From assembly GCF_009914755.1 (NCBI RefSeq), contig NC_060935.1: a stretch of DNA of 64,000 nt, one strand, 5' to 3'. The notes beneath the pieces were generated by a model, which saw nothing but the letters and a program-made list of their open reading frames with translations, did not search any database and was not told the DNA's origin. Source of the DNA: the human T2T-CHM13v2.0 reference genome, Homo sapiens. A program made the translations under genes and the position numbers. Below, in pieces: positions 34,151-47,428 of this stretch (the stretch's first letter is position 1; each line of letters opens with the position of its first letter).

Positions 34151-37100
34151 CCACAATAGGAGGTTCCAAAATTCATTTCTCCATGGAAACACAAAATTAA
34201 CAACCATCTAAATAAAAAATTACCTTCAAGAGAACTCCAGAAATCAGCCTTCAGCAGATTCCCTTGGCCCACAAGTTCTCCAATGGGAGAAAGAAAGAGT
34301 AAGGTGAGTGTCTACCTTTGCCACAAATCCTAGCACCAGGCCTGTCCACCTACAGACCACACCACCAGACTGACCCTACTCCCTGCAGACCCACTTGCCC
34401 ACAGACCCTAGGACCTAACATGCCTGCCCACAGACACAAAGGCAGGTGTGTTAGGTCCTAGGGTCTATGGGCAAGTTAGGTCCACTGGTGTCTATGGGCA
34501 GTGGTATGTCCAAGGACTGGTCCTAGCACCAAAGTATTTAAAAAATAAAAACTACCCACAAAAATGTGCTGATAAGATACACAACATAAAGAGTCGTTCT
34601 GACATAAATAACATAGAGTGTGTGGCAAAGGCATTATAAGTGTATAGTTTTTATATGCAATTGAAGTTAAGACTGTATCAGCTTCAAACAGACTGTCATA
34701 ACTATTAAGAAATTTTATGCAAGCCTCAGGATAACCATGAGGAAAACACCCATAGTAGGTACAAAAAAAGATAAAAAGAAAAAAAAGTATATTATTACAA
34801 AAAAAATCATCATATCAAAGTGAAAACAGCAATACAAAACAAAAATAACTATAAAACGGACAGAAAAAAATTAACAATGGCAATAGTTCTTATCTATCAA
34901 TCACGTTAAATGTAAAATTCACCAATCAAAGGAGGTAAAGTAATGAAAGGAGTTAAAAAACAAGATCCAACTGTATGCTGTCTGCAACAAATACACCTTA
35001 AATTTAAGAACACACACAAGCTGAAACAGAAGAGATGAAAAAGGGTATTTCATACAAATGGTAGCCAAAAGAGAGCAAGGGTGACTGTAGTTACATCAGA
35101 CAAAATAGACTTTATGTCAAAAACTGTTAATAAGAGACAAAGAAGGTCATTACATAATAATAAAAGGGAAAACTGAATACAGGAAAATAAAACAATTATA
35201 TATGCATGCAACATAAAAGCTGCTAAATACATAAAGATTGACAGATCTGCAGGAGAAATAGATAGCAATAGAAAAATACTAGGATACTTCAATCACCACT
35301 TAAAATAATGAACAAATCATCCAGACAGAAGATCAAAAGAAAATATCAAACTTGAACAACACTATAGATCAAATAAACCTAACAGACAGATATAAAACAT
35401 TCCACCCAAAAGTAGCAGAACACACAGTGTCCTCAAGTGCAAACAGAACATTCTACAGGGTTGATCACATGCTAGGTCAGAAAACAAGTCCTAACAAATA
35501 TAAGAAGTTTGAAATAATTCCAAGTATCTTTTCCAGCCACAATGGAATGAAACTAAATCAAAAACAAAAAGAAAAAAATTCAAAAATATGTGGAAATTAA
35601 ACAATATATTCTGGAACAACTAATGGGTCAAAGAAGAAACCAAAAAGGGAAATTAGAAAATATCTTGAGACAAATTAAAACAAAAATCTATCTCAAAACT
35701 TATGGGATGCAGCAAAAGCCGTACTAAGATTGAAGTTTATAATGATAAATGCCTACATTAAAAAAAGAAGATCTCAAATCAAAACCTAACATTATACCTT
35801 AAGGGTCTAGAAAAAAAAGAACACACCAAACCTAAAGTTAAAAAAATGAATCAAATAATAAAAATTAGAGTCAAAATAAATGAGAAAGAGACGAGAAAAA
35901 AAATTTTTTAATGACAAAATAAAGAGTTTTTTGAAAAAATTAAATTGGAAAACCCTTAGCTAGACTAAGAGAAAAAAAACAAAAGAAGACTCAAAATCAG
36001 AAATGGAAGAAGAGACATTACAATTGATGCCACAAAAATAAAAAACATCATAAAAGACGATTGTGTACAATTATATGCCAACAAATTGGACAACCTAAAC
36101 AGATAAATTCCTAGAAATGTATAATCTACCAAGGCTGAATTAAGAAGAAATGAAAAGGCCAAAAAGACCAATAACAAATACGGAGATTGAATCTATAATC
36201 AAAAACCAAACAACAAAGAAAAGGTCAAGACCAGATGACTTCAGGGATAAATTCTACCAAACATTTAAAGAATTATCACCAATTCTTCTTAAATTATTTC
36301 AAAAAAATGAAAACAAGGAAATTTGTAATCTTCTTTTATAAGGACAGCATCAACCTGATATCAAAGACAGACAAAGACACAAGAAAACTACAGGCCAAAA
36401 TCCCTGAAAATAGATGCAAAAATCTTCAACAAAATATTAGCAAACCAAATTCAACAGCATGTTAAGATCATAAACCATGACCAAGTGGTACTTCCCTCCT
36501 GGGACGTAAACATAGGCCAATATACATAACTCAAGACAAGTGATTTTTTGTCTTTCTTGCCTGTGATTTTAGTGTCATATCCAAGAAATCATTGCCAAGG
36601 CTAATATCAAACAGCTTCTTCCTTATATTTTCTTCTATGAGTTTCATCGTTTCAGGTCTTACATTTAAGTCTTTGAGTTGATTTTTGTTTATGGTGTAAG
36701 GTAAGGGTCCAATTTCATTGTTTTGCATATGGATATCCAGTTTTCACAACACCATCTGTGAACAGACTGTTCTTTCCTCATTGTGTATTCTTGGCACCCT
36801 TGTAAAAGATCAGTTGAGTATATGCATGGATTTGTTTCTAGGTACTCTATTCTGCTCCAACAGTCTACAAGTCTGTTTGATACCAGTCCTGCACTGTTTT
36901 GATTGCTGCAGCTTTGTAATATATTTTAAAATCAGGAAGTGTGATGCCTCTAGCTTTGTTGTTCTTGCTCAAAACTGCTTTGGGTATTTGAATCTTTTTT
37001 GGTACCATACGAATTTTAGGCATGTGTTATCCTGTTTCTGTAAAAAATGCCAATGGGATTTTGACAGGAACTACACCAAAACTAAAAAGCTTCTGAACAT

Positions 37101-37248
37101 CCAAGGAAACAATAAACAAAACACAAAGGCAACCTATGGAAGAGAGAAAATACCTGCAAACTATACAACTGATAAAAGATTAATATCTAAAATATACAAG
37201 GAATCCCTACAACTCAATAGCAAACAATAACATAATTTAAAATGGGCA

Positions 37249-37548
37249 GGCCAGGGGCGGTGGTGCATGCCTGTAATCCCAGCACTTTGGGAGGCCAAGG
37301 GGGGTGGATCACTTGAGCTCAGAAGTTCACGACAGCCTGGACAACACAGTGAAACTCTGTCTCTACAAACACAAAAAAATTAGCTGGGTGTGGTGGCACA
37401 CGCAGGTAGTCCTGGCCACTCAGGAGACTGAGGTGGGAGGATTGCTTACAACCAGGAGGTCAAGGCCACAGTGAGCCGAGATCACACCACTGTACTCCAG
37501 CATGGGCAACGGAGTGAGACCCTGTCTCAAAAAAAAAAAAAAAAAAAA
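37249..37548 (+). mobile_element. AluJb-like
   Basis: TSD ttaaaatgggca. Confidence 0.9.
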
Positions 37549-37656
37549 TTAAAATGGGCAAACTAATTAGATATTTATCCAAAAAAGAAATACAAATAAC
37601 CAACAGGTATATGAAAAAGTGGAAAACATTACTCATAAAAATCAAAACCACATGGA

Positions 37657-37820
37657 GGCCTGGTGTGGGAGTGCATGCCTGCAATCCCATCTACTCAAGA
37701 ACCCGAGTCAGGAGAATGCTGCTTGATTCCAGGAGTTCCAGACTATAGTGCACAATGACCTTGCCATTGAATAGCCACTGCACTCCAGCCTGGGCAACAC
37801 AGCGGGACCCTATCTATAAC
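37657..37820 (+). mobile_element. FAM (fossil Alu monomer)
   Basis: Monomer with the FAM-type 'gaatagccactgcactccagcctgggcaacacagc'. Confidence 0.75.
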
Positions 37821-38610
37821 AATTTTAAAACAAACAAAATGAGATATCACCTTATGTAAGAATGGCTATTATTAAACAAAAAAAAAGATAAGTAATGTTG
37901 GCAAGGATGTGGAGAAAAGTGACCCTTTGTATACTGTTGGTGGGACTATAAATTGGTGCAGCCACTATAAGAAATTATGGAGGCACCTCAAAAAATTAAA
38001 AATAGAACAACCATATGAGCTAGCAATCTCACTTCCAGATATATACCCAAAAGAACTGAAATCAAGATATCAAAAAGATATCTGCACTCCCATGCTCACT
38101 GCAGCATTAATCACAATACTCAAGACATGGAAACAAGCTAAATGTCCATTGACAGATAAATGGATAAGAAAAATGTGGGATATAAATACAATGAAGTGTT
38201 ATTTGGCCTTCAGAAAGGTATCTTGCCATTTGTGACAACATGGGTAAATCTGAAGGACACTACGCTAAGTGAAATAAGTCAGACCCAGAAGGACAAATAC
38301 CATTTATAGGGGGAATCTATAATAGCCAAACTCACAAAAGAACAGTAGAATGGTGGTTACCATGAGTTGAGGGTGGAGAACTGGGGAGGTATTAGTCAAA
38401 GGGTATAAAGTTACAGTTATACACGTGAATAAATCCTAGAGATCTATTGTCCGACATACTGCCTATAGTTAACATTATGGTATACTTAAAATTATACAAA
38501 GACACTAGATCTTACGTTGTGTTCTTATCACACACAAAAAAAGAAAGAGTGGGGGGAAGCTTTTGAAGGTCCTGGATATGTTTATGGCATACACTGTAGT
38601 GACGCTTTAA

Positions 38611-38978
<368 letters not shown>

Positions 38979-39187
38979 ATATGCACAGGTTTCTGTCAAT
39001 AAAAGACAATCATATGTCAATTGATATATGATAAAAAGACAAGCATATGTCAATAAAGAAATTAAAACTCTGAAAAATACTATAACCATTAAAAACAATG
39101 AATCTAAAATCTTTCCACAAACAAAACTCCAAATCCAGATGGCTTCACCACTTAATTATAACAAACATTTAAGAAAGAAATAACACT

Positions 39188-39483
39188 GGCCTTGCATGGT
39201 GGGTCATGCCTGTAATCTCACCACTTTGGGAGGTCGAAGCAGGAGAATTGCTTGAGTCCAGGAGTTCAGGACCAGCCTGGGCACCATAGTGAGACCTTGT
39301 CTCTACAAAAAATTTACAAAAGTAGCCCAGCATGGTGCTGGGCATGGGGCATACACCTATAGTCTCAGTTACTTGGGAGGCTGAGGCAGGAAGATCACTT
39401 GAGCCCAGATGTTCGAAGTAAAAGTGTGCTATGATTATACCACTGTGCTAGGTGACATAAATAAGACCCTGTCTTTAAAAAAG
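39188..39483 (+). mobile_element. AluJ
   Basis: Diverged dimeric Alu. Confidence 0.87.
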
Positions 39484-39759
39484 GGAAGACAGAAATCACA
39501 CCAATCTTACATAAACTTTCAGTGAAAGAAACATTGGGTGGAATGTAACACTTTCCCAGCCAGCACATTATTACCAAAAAATGACATGGAAAACACAAGA
39601 AAAGTTACAAGCCAATGTGACTCATAAACACACATGCAAAACTCCTAAAAACATTAGCAAACGAAATCAAGCAAACTACACAAAGGATAATATAGCAAAG
39701 CAAGTTGCATTTACTAAAAATGTAAAATAGGCTTAACATTTGAAAATCAGTCTCTGTCA

Positions 39760-40118
<359 letters not shown>

Positions 40119-40130
40119 CAATCAAAATAG

Positions 40131-40342
40131 GAGGCAAAGCAAGATGGCTACATAGAAGCCTACAACAATCATCCTCCTCACAGGAACACCAAATTGAACA
40201 ACTATCCACAGAAGAAAACACCATCATAAAAAACAAAAATCAGGTGAGCCCTTACAGTACCTGATTTTAACTTCATATTGTTCAAAGAGGCACTGAAGAG
40301 GGTAGAATGAACAGTCTTGAATTGCTGACACCACCCCTTCCC
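40131..40342 (+). mobile_element. L1 5'UTR start (L1M1/L1MA-like), truncated
   Basis: 'gaggcaaagcaagatggctacatagaagcc...caggaacaccaaatt...aaaaatcaggtgag'. Confidence 0.7.
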
Positions 40343-41208
40343 AGTTTTAAAGATTATTGGTAAAATAAAAATGTCTTCAAAAGTGTAAACATTTGGTCTA
40401 AATTATGCAGGTCAGATATTAAGTTTGTTAAATGGTCTAAGGTCATAAGCTGCTTCTTTGACTTTTAAAAATTGTTCAATTTATTTTGGAGCATTACATT
40501 CTAGATAAGGCCTGGCGACCTGTGAAATTACCCATGCCCCCTAGCTAGGCAAAGAAGGTATTAAAGAAAAGAGATTTTATATATGAAAGGATCTTGTATA
40601 ATAAATGTTTGTCCTAAAGCTAAAGTAAAATGACTGGTCATTTAAAAAGAGGGATGTTTAGGACAAGTCAAAAAGTCTAAGCATGTTGTAGGTGGTCTGT
40701 GTTAAGTCATGAAAGAATTGGTGAAAGGGAATTTATGCAAGAAATGCAGTACAATTTAAAGGTGATTAGGCCTCTTAAATGCTTCATAAAATGCCACTAT
40801 GACTCTTAACTGTACTACTTGCCTGCTTTACAGTTAGGTAAGGCTTGGGACTTGTGGAGTGAGATGCTGGAAAGAGTCAGACCTTATCTTCATTTCTGTC
40901 TGGGTCCTAGGCTCCATGCCTAGTACATAATTAAAATGCTGAACTTACCAAGGTTTTTCACCAAAAGTAAAAATGCTAAGGGTTAACAGTGTAATGTATA
41001 TTTGAAACTACTGAAAAAACAGTTTTACATGCAAGGTGTGTAAAGAAAGTTAAATGTGTTTTTGGTAAAAGATTATTAAAAGTCATGGGAATGTGAATTT
41101 TTTGCCTAACTTTAGTTAAAGGATTGTTTTAAGTGAAATAGGAAAAATCTAAAGGTTTAAACAACTTGTGGAAATTCTGTAAAAATTAACCCTGTAAAAC
41201 AAATTCTA

Positions 41209-41511
41209 GGCCGGGCGCGGAGGCTTACGCCTGTAATCCTAGGGCTTTGGGAGGCCGAGGTGGGCGGATCACAAGGTCAGGAGATTGAGACCATCCAGGC
41301 TAACACAGTGAAACCCCGTCACTACTAAAAATACAAAAAAATTAGCTGGGGGTGGTGGCGGGAGCCTGTAGTCCCAGCTACTCAGGAGGCTGAGGCAGGA
41401 GAATGGCATGAACCTGGCAGGCAGAGCTTGTAGTGAGCCGAGATCGTGTCACTGCACTCCAGCCTGGGTGACAGAGCAAGACTCCGTCTCAACAAAAAAA
41501 AAAAAGAAAGA
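41209..41511 (+). mobile_element. AluY
   Basis: 'gaatggcatgaacc...gagcttg'; TSD aaattcta. Confidence 0.92.
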
Positions 41512-42087
41512 AATTCTATGTGTGAAAATATTGACTAAATTTAAAGGGGTATTATCTTGTTTTTCTGTAAATTGAACATCAAAATAAAAGCACAACAGGG
41601 TTTTCTTAAAGCACGAATCTGCTCTTTAACAAAAAAAATTGTAAAGGGTTATAAAAGGTTTATAAAAATCTCTCCTTATGGTCAAACTGATTAAGATTGG
41701 ACAGATTTGTCTAATGAGGCTTTATTAAAAATTGGGGTTGACATTAATAATCTACTAATGTAAGAGTGAAATATGGCTTTCTCGAACAAGATTTTCATGT
41801 AATATTAAAAGATAATGAAAAATGTATTTGCCTTTTAAATACACTATCAAAGAAAAAAAAGAAGGGAAAGACAAAAGATTGTTTGAAAAGCTAAGTCTTC
41901 CCTCTATCAATGAGTAAACATTGTTGCCTTTTTAAAAATTTTTGTCTCATTATTTTGGCTAAATGAATGACTTACAGTAATGTGGAATTCCAGTTCATAA
42001 TATCAAGTGTTTTATACCTTTAACATATTTAATAAGCTTCCCCAAATCAAATTTCAGCTTCCAAATAGTCTCTTCTGACTTCTAACT

Positions 42088-42376
42088 TTGGAATGCTATG
42101 GGGGAGTCCATAGCATTGGAATGCTATGGGGGAGTCCATAGCATTGGAATGCTATGGGGGAGTCCATAGCATTGGAATGCTATGGGGGAGTCCATAGCAT
42201 TGGAATGCTATGGGGGAGTCCATAGCATTGGAATGCTATGGGGGAGTCCATAGCATTGGAATGCTATGGGGGAGTCCATAGCATTGGAATGCTATGGGGG
42301 AGTCCATAGCATTGGAATGCTATGGGGGAGTCCATAGCATTGGAATGCTATGGGGGAGTCCATAGCATTGGAATGC
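42088..42376. repeat. Minisatellite: 10 identical 28-bp units plus 9 bp, each unit containing a 10-bp inverted repeat
   Basis: Unit ttggaatgctatgggggagtccatagca; hairpin aatgctatgg-gggagt-ccatagcatt. Confidence 0.97.
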
Positions 42377-44778
42377 ATATGGAATCCCTGAAGCATCTAA
42401 AAGAGACGTAAAGAGAATTATTTAACATGTTAAGTTACATGGGAAGCATTGTCAAAATAATGTTTAATCTTCAGGTTATATTTTAGTGAATATTAATATA
42501 TGCTCCAAAATTGTATGGGATTTCTAAAATTCTAATACGTCTGAGTATATGCTACCAATCATAATTATGGTTAAGTTTTATACACCATAGAAACAACCAA
42601 ATATCCTTGGGTAAAACTGCTAACCCAAGCAGAACCAAAAAGTTAATTAAATACCAAGAAAATACTTTGCCAGATTTTCATGTTAAACTAGCTGATACTA
42701 AAATTGTTTAGATATACAATTTGAACTCCATGGTCTAAGTTAAACTACCTATGATAACCCATTAGTTATCTGCGCTATGCACCTAAATTGTAGAAACAAG
42801 TGGTATTCAAGAGGATGTAAGTCCAACGCTAAGCATGGACTCAGAACCAGGACAGCTGCCTTGTCCTTCTTGAGTCCTTAAGGCTCTTGTTATTAAAGGG
42901 TCTGCATTCCATGACTCATCATGGGAAGGATAAAATGATCCAAATTGAATATACAGATGTGGTGACTTATAAATTGTGAAAATTAGTTTAAAACCAATGT
43001 TTGGTTCCATATTTCTGGGAAGACAATCAAACCTTCAGATACATTTGGCTACCTGATGGGTCATTTAAACATTTATAAAGGGATTTCATTCAATTGTCAT
43101 TTTCAATGCATGTTTTATGTTATAATAGTTAATTATTACGCCACAGTATATTTTCACCAGGTAAAGAAAGTTTTTATGGTTCACTAAGGACAATCAACTC
43201 CTTCACAATATAGAACTTGAAGACTGGATGTTCTGAGAACATCAGAGAAAGACTGCCCTTGCCATTCACACTGCAACAAAACTTGGGAAGCTTGAACCTT
43301 GGGTTAATAATCTCACAACTGAGAAGGGTCCCTCCACACTCTTGGAAACTGTACACCCACTGGAACCCTTAAGGTAAAACTAACCAGGCAAGTTTCTCCC
43401 CAGAAGAAAATGGCATCCTTAATGTGAACAGCTTTTCCTAGGATCATGGATCAAGACTTCTACTATCATTAGACTCTTATCTTCGAATATTTTTTCCTTA
43501 TTTATGCCTCCATGAACAATAGAAATGTAAAGGGGGTCTATTACGTGCACTTATAGGGTATACTTTTATTTGTAGAGGATTTTGCAGCCAGCCTTATACA
43601 TGAATAACCTTATACTTTGGTAGATAAAAGATGAAGGCCCGATGTAGATGCGAAACCTTAATGGTACATATGTTGCCTCATAATCAGTCAAAACTCTCTT
43701 AACCCACATCATGGGCCAGAAAGAATATTGTCAGGAAGCCTTCACTCTTCTAGAAGGACATCATTTGTTAGATCCTTTTTCCATGATTTAGAATAAAAGA
43801 GGCAATAATAAAAAATGTATCCCTCATAATAGACTCTATAGCAGATTCTACTGTAAAGGCTATGGTTACACAACAGACTTTACATTTTCTTGTGAAAGAC
43901 ATGCTAAATAATAGAATTGGCTAAACAGAAAAGTACCTGTGCAGCTACTGACACTTGTGGCCTATGGACAAATCCATCAAATGTAGATTATAAAATTTCA
44001 GTTGTAGGGGATTAATGAAAAGACTACTTATTCAAGCGAGTAGACTCCTCATCTAGCTCCTTCTTTAATCTATTTAATCTTAGGTGGTTTGGTTTATGGG
44101 GACTCTGGATAAGGAGCACACTCCAAACTCCTGGCATTATCCTCCCAATAGTCATGATAATAGTCTCCCTGGTGCGCTGTATTCTCTCAAAGGTTTTAAA
44201 TGTTTGCATGCAGCCATACCTAGAATGTCAAATGGTCTCTCTTCAACTGGAATGACAAAAGTTGAAAGAAATATGCGACTGTGAGGACACAGTAACCTAT
44301 GAATGATGTGCAGAGACCAGAAACCCAAAATGATAGAAACAGAGAGTGGCACTAAGGTCCTAGGTTTTGGTCACTCTCTCACCTAAGGGAGAAGCTGACC
44401 AAAATGGGGAAATTTTTTTAAACAAAATTATGGGAGGCTAAAGTTTGGACTAAGCTCATGCACGAGGCCCCAACAGGCCAAACCAAACTAAAATGGAGTC
44501 ATCATGCTAAATGTGACATAATCAAACTTAAGACTTCAAGGAAACACCTAGATCCTAGAACAGACCAGGTTCTGTTTGCCTCCTGTAAACAGGATGTTCC
44601 AGCATAAGGAGGTACCCTCTACTCAGTCCTTGTTCTTGCTTTTGCAAAACTCACTGTTCTACTATTTCCCAGTGGGTTTCAAGACCAAATAAGTACATTT
44701 ACAATGGTGATAGTGACATCAATAACTAAAGTTTTGGTCAATCTCTCAAAATTGAGAAAATGACCAAAAGTGGGAAAT

Positions 44779-45543
44779 TGTTAAAGCAAACCAAATATGG
44801 CCTGAGAAGGACTCTGTACTTCTATATTTGAGTCCTTGTGGACGAACTGCAACCTAGCTTAATATGCAGACAAGACTGAAAACCTAACTTAGGAGTATGT
44901 GTCTGTAATAATAGCTAAATCTTGGCCAATCCCATCGGCCATACTTCAACCATTCATAGACTGCTGAGTGTTAAAACTGTGTTCAAATAAGGCAAACGCT
45001 GGCCGGGCGCGGTGGCTCACGCCTGTAATCCCAGCACTTTGGGAGGCCAAGGCGGGCAGATCACGGATCACGAGGTCAAGAGATCGAGACCATCCTGACT
45101 AACACGGTGAAACCCCGTTTCTACTAAAAATACAAAAAATTAGCCGGGCATGGTGGCAGGCGCCTGTAGTCCCAGCTACTTGGGAGGCTGAGGCAGGAGA
45201 ATGGCGTGCACCTGGGAGGCGGAGCTTGCAGCGAGCTTGCAGCGAGCTGAGATCGCGCCACTGCACTCCAGCCTGGGCAAAAATGCGAGACTCTGTCTCA
45301 AAAAAAAAAAAATCAAAAAAAAGAAAATAAGGCAAACACTGAGCTGTAACCAATCCAGCAGTTCTGTACCTCACTTCCGATTTCTCTATGTCATTTCCCA
45401 TTTTTTGTCTATAAATCTTCTTCCACCACGTGGCTGCACTGGAGTCTCTGTGAATCTGCTGTGATTCTGGGATCTGCCCAGTTAGCAAACTGTTCATTGC
45501 TCAATTAAACTCCTTTAGATTTAATTCAGCTTAAGTTTTAACA
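44779..45543 (+). mobile_element. MER57-family LTR (3' LTR), interrupted by an Alu
   Basis: tgttaaag...ttttaaca termini; CCAAT boxes, tataaa, and an attaaa polyA-like signal. Confidence 0.8.
45001..45328 (+). mobile_element. AluY-like with two small internal tandem duplications
   Basis: TSD aaataaggcaaac(g/a)ct; duplicated 'gatcacg' and 'gagcttgcagc'. Confidence 0.92.
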
Positions 45544-46581
45544 TGGGAAAAACATATTGACAGACAACTAGCAACCTCCACACAAGAGGTAAATACCAAA
45601 AAAAAAAAAAAAAAAAAAAAATCAGCTTTAGAAGTTTCAGAATTTGCCTCTAGAGAAAAGAAAAATGATAGCAGGAATTAGAGCGTAGTGTTAAGGAATA
45701 CTAGTTTCTATAATATGCTTCTACAGATCTGACTTTTTAAACTATGTGCATATATAATATAATGAAAATAAAAAGAGTTATGAGAGAAAGGAAAGCAGAA
45801 ATGAGCCACAACTTGTTTCTGAAAGCCTGTCTTTTTCTTTTTGGGAGGAGATGCAAGAGATAGACGTAAGAACTATATAAAATCAAAAGTAAACCCTGTC
45901 TGCACATTAGTACTCTTTAAGACAGTGATTTTAACTGCTTGGAAACGCTTTTCTTAATTTCTTTTTGTTCCTGGATATATCCCTGATTCTGTGGAGAAAC
46001 AGAATATTATGGCAAAGAATCTCTAAATCACAGACTCTACCAATACAAAACTACAATGATTACTTTTGGGAAGTCTGCATTACTTTTTGCTAAAAGGGGC
46101 ACTTTTTCTCATAAAGGAAAAATCACCGCCCTGATTTTTCAATTTAATATCTCAATTGCCCTGAGATATTACTATAATGAATCACAGTATAATTTAGTTT
46201 GTCAGTTATTAATACCATAATTCACACATTAGGAATCTCCAAATCTCCAAAAAAAAACAAAAAGGCCTTCTTTGTTCTTCTGCCCCCTTATCACGCTGAT
46301 CCCAGATAAAAAGCCTAGGTAAGCACTGAGTGAAAAATAAATCTGGCCACAAGATACATGAAAAAATATTCAACATCGATAATAGTATGGGAAATGCAAA
46401 TTAAAACCACAGTGAAATATTACCTCACATCTGTTAAATAGTTATTATCAAAAAGATAAAAAATAGCAAGTGTTGGTGAGGATATAGAGAAAAGGGAACC
46501 CTTACACACTGTTGGAAGGAGTGTAAATTAGTACAGTTATTATGGAAAACAGTACGGAGGTTGCTCAAACAATTAAAAATA

Positions 46582-46879
<298 letters not shown>

Positions 46880-47102
46880 AACTACCTATATGATCCAACT
46901 ATCCCACTACTAGGTATATATCCAAAGAAAAGGGAATCAATATCTCAAAGCGATATATGTGCTCACATGTTCATTGCAGCATTATTCACAGTAGTCAAAG
47001 ATATGGAATCAACTTAAGTGTCTATCAACAGATGAATGAATAAAGAAAATGTGGTATACATACACAATTGAATACTATTCAGCCTTTAAAAAAAAAAAAA
47101 GA

Positions 47103-47428
<326 letters not shown>

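Larger units (their letters stand above)
40343..44778 (+). mobile_element. ERV1 (MER4-group, MER57-type) internal region, 3' part, with env TM remnant ~43750-44280
   Basis: AT-rich MER4-group internal sequence; TM-like WFGLWGLWIRSTLQTPGIILPIVMIIVSLVRCIL; polypurine tract aaaagtgggaaat immediately before the LTR. Confidence 0.75.

Noticed and set aside
42088-42376. CRISPR-like array (28-bp palindromic repeats)
   Set aside because: There are no spacers, the units are contiguous, there are no cas genes, and the context is a primate ERV. It is a minisatellite.
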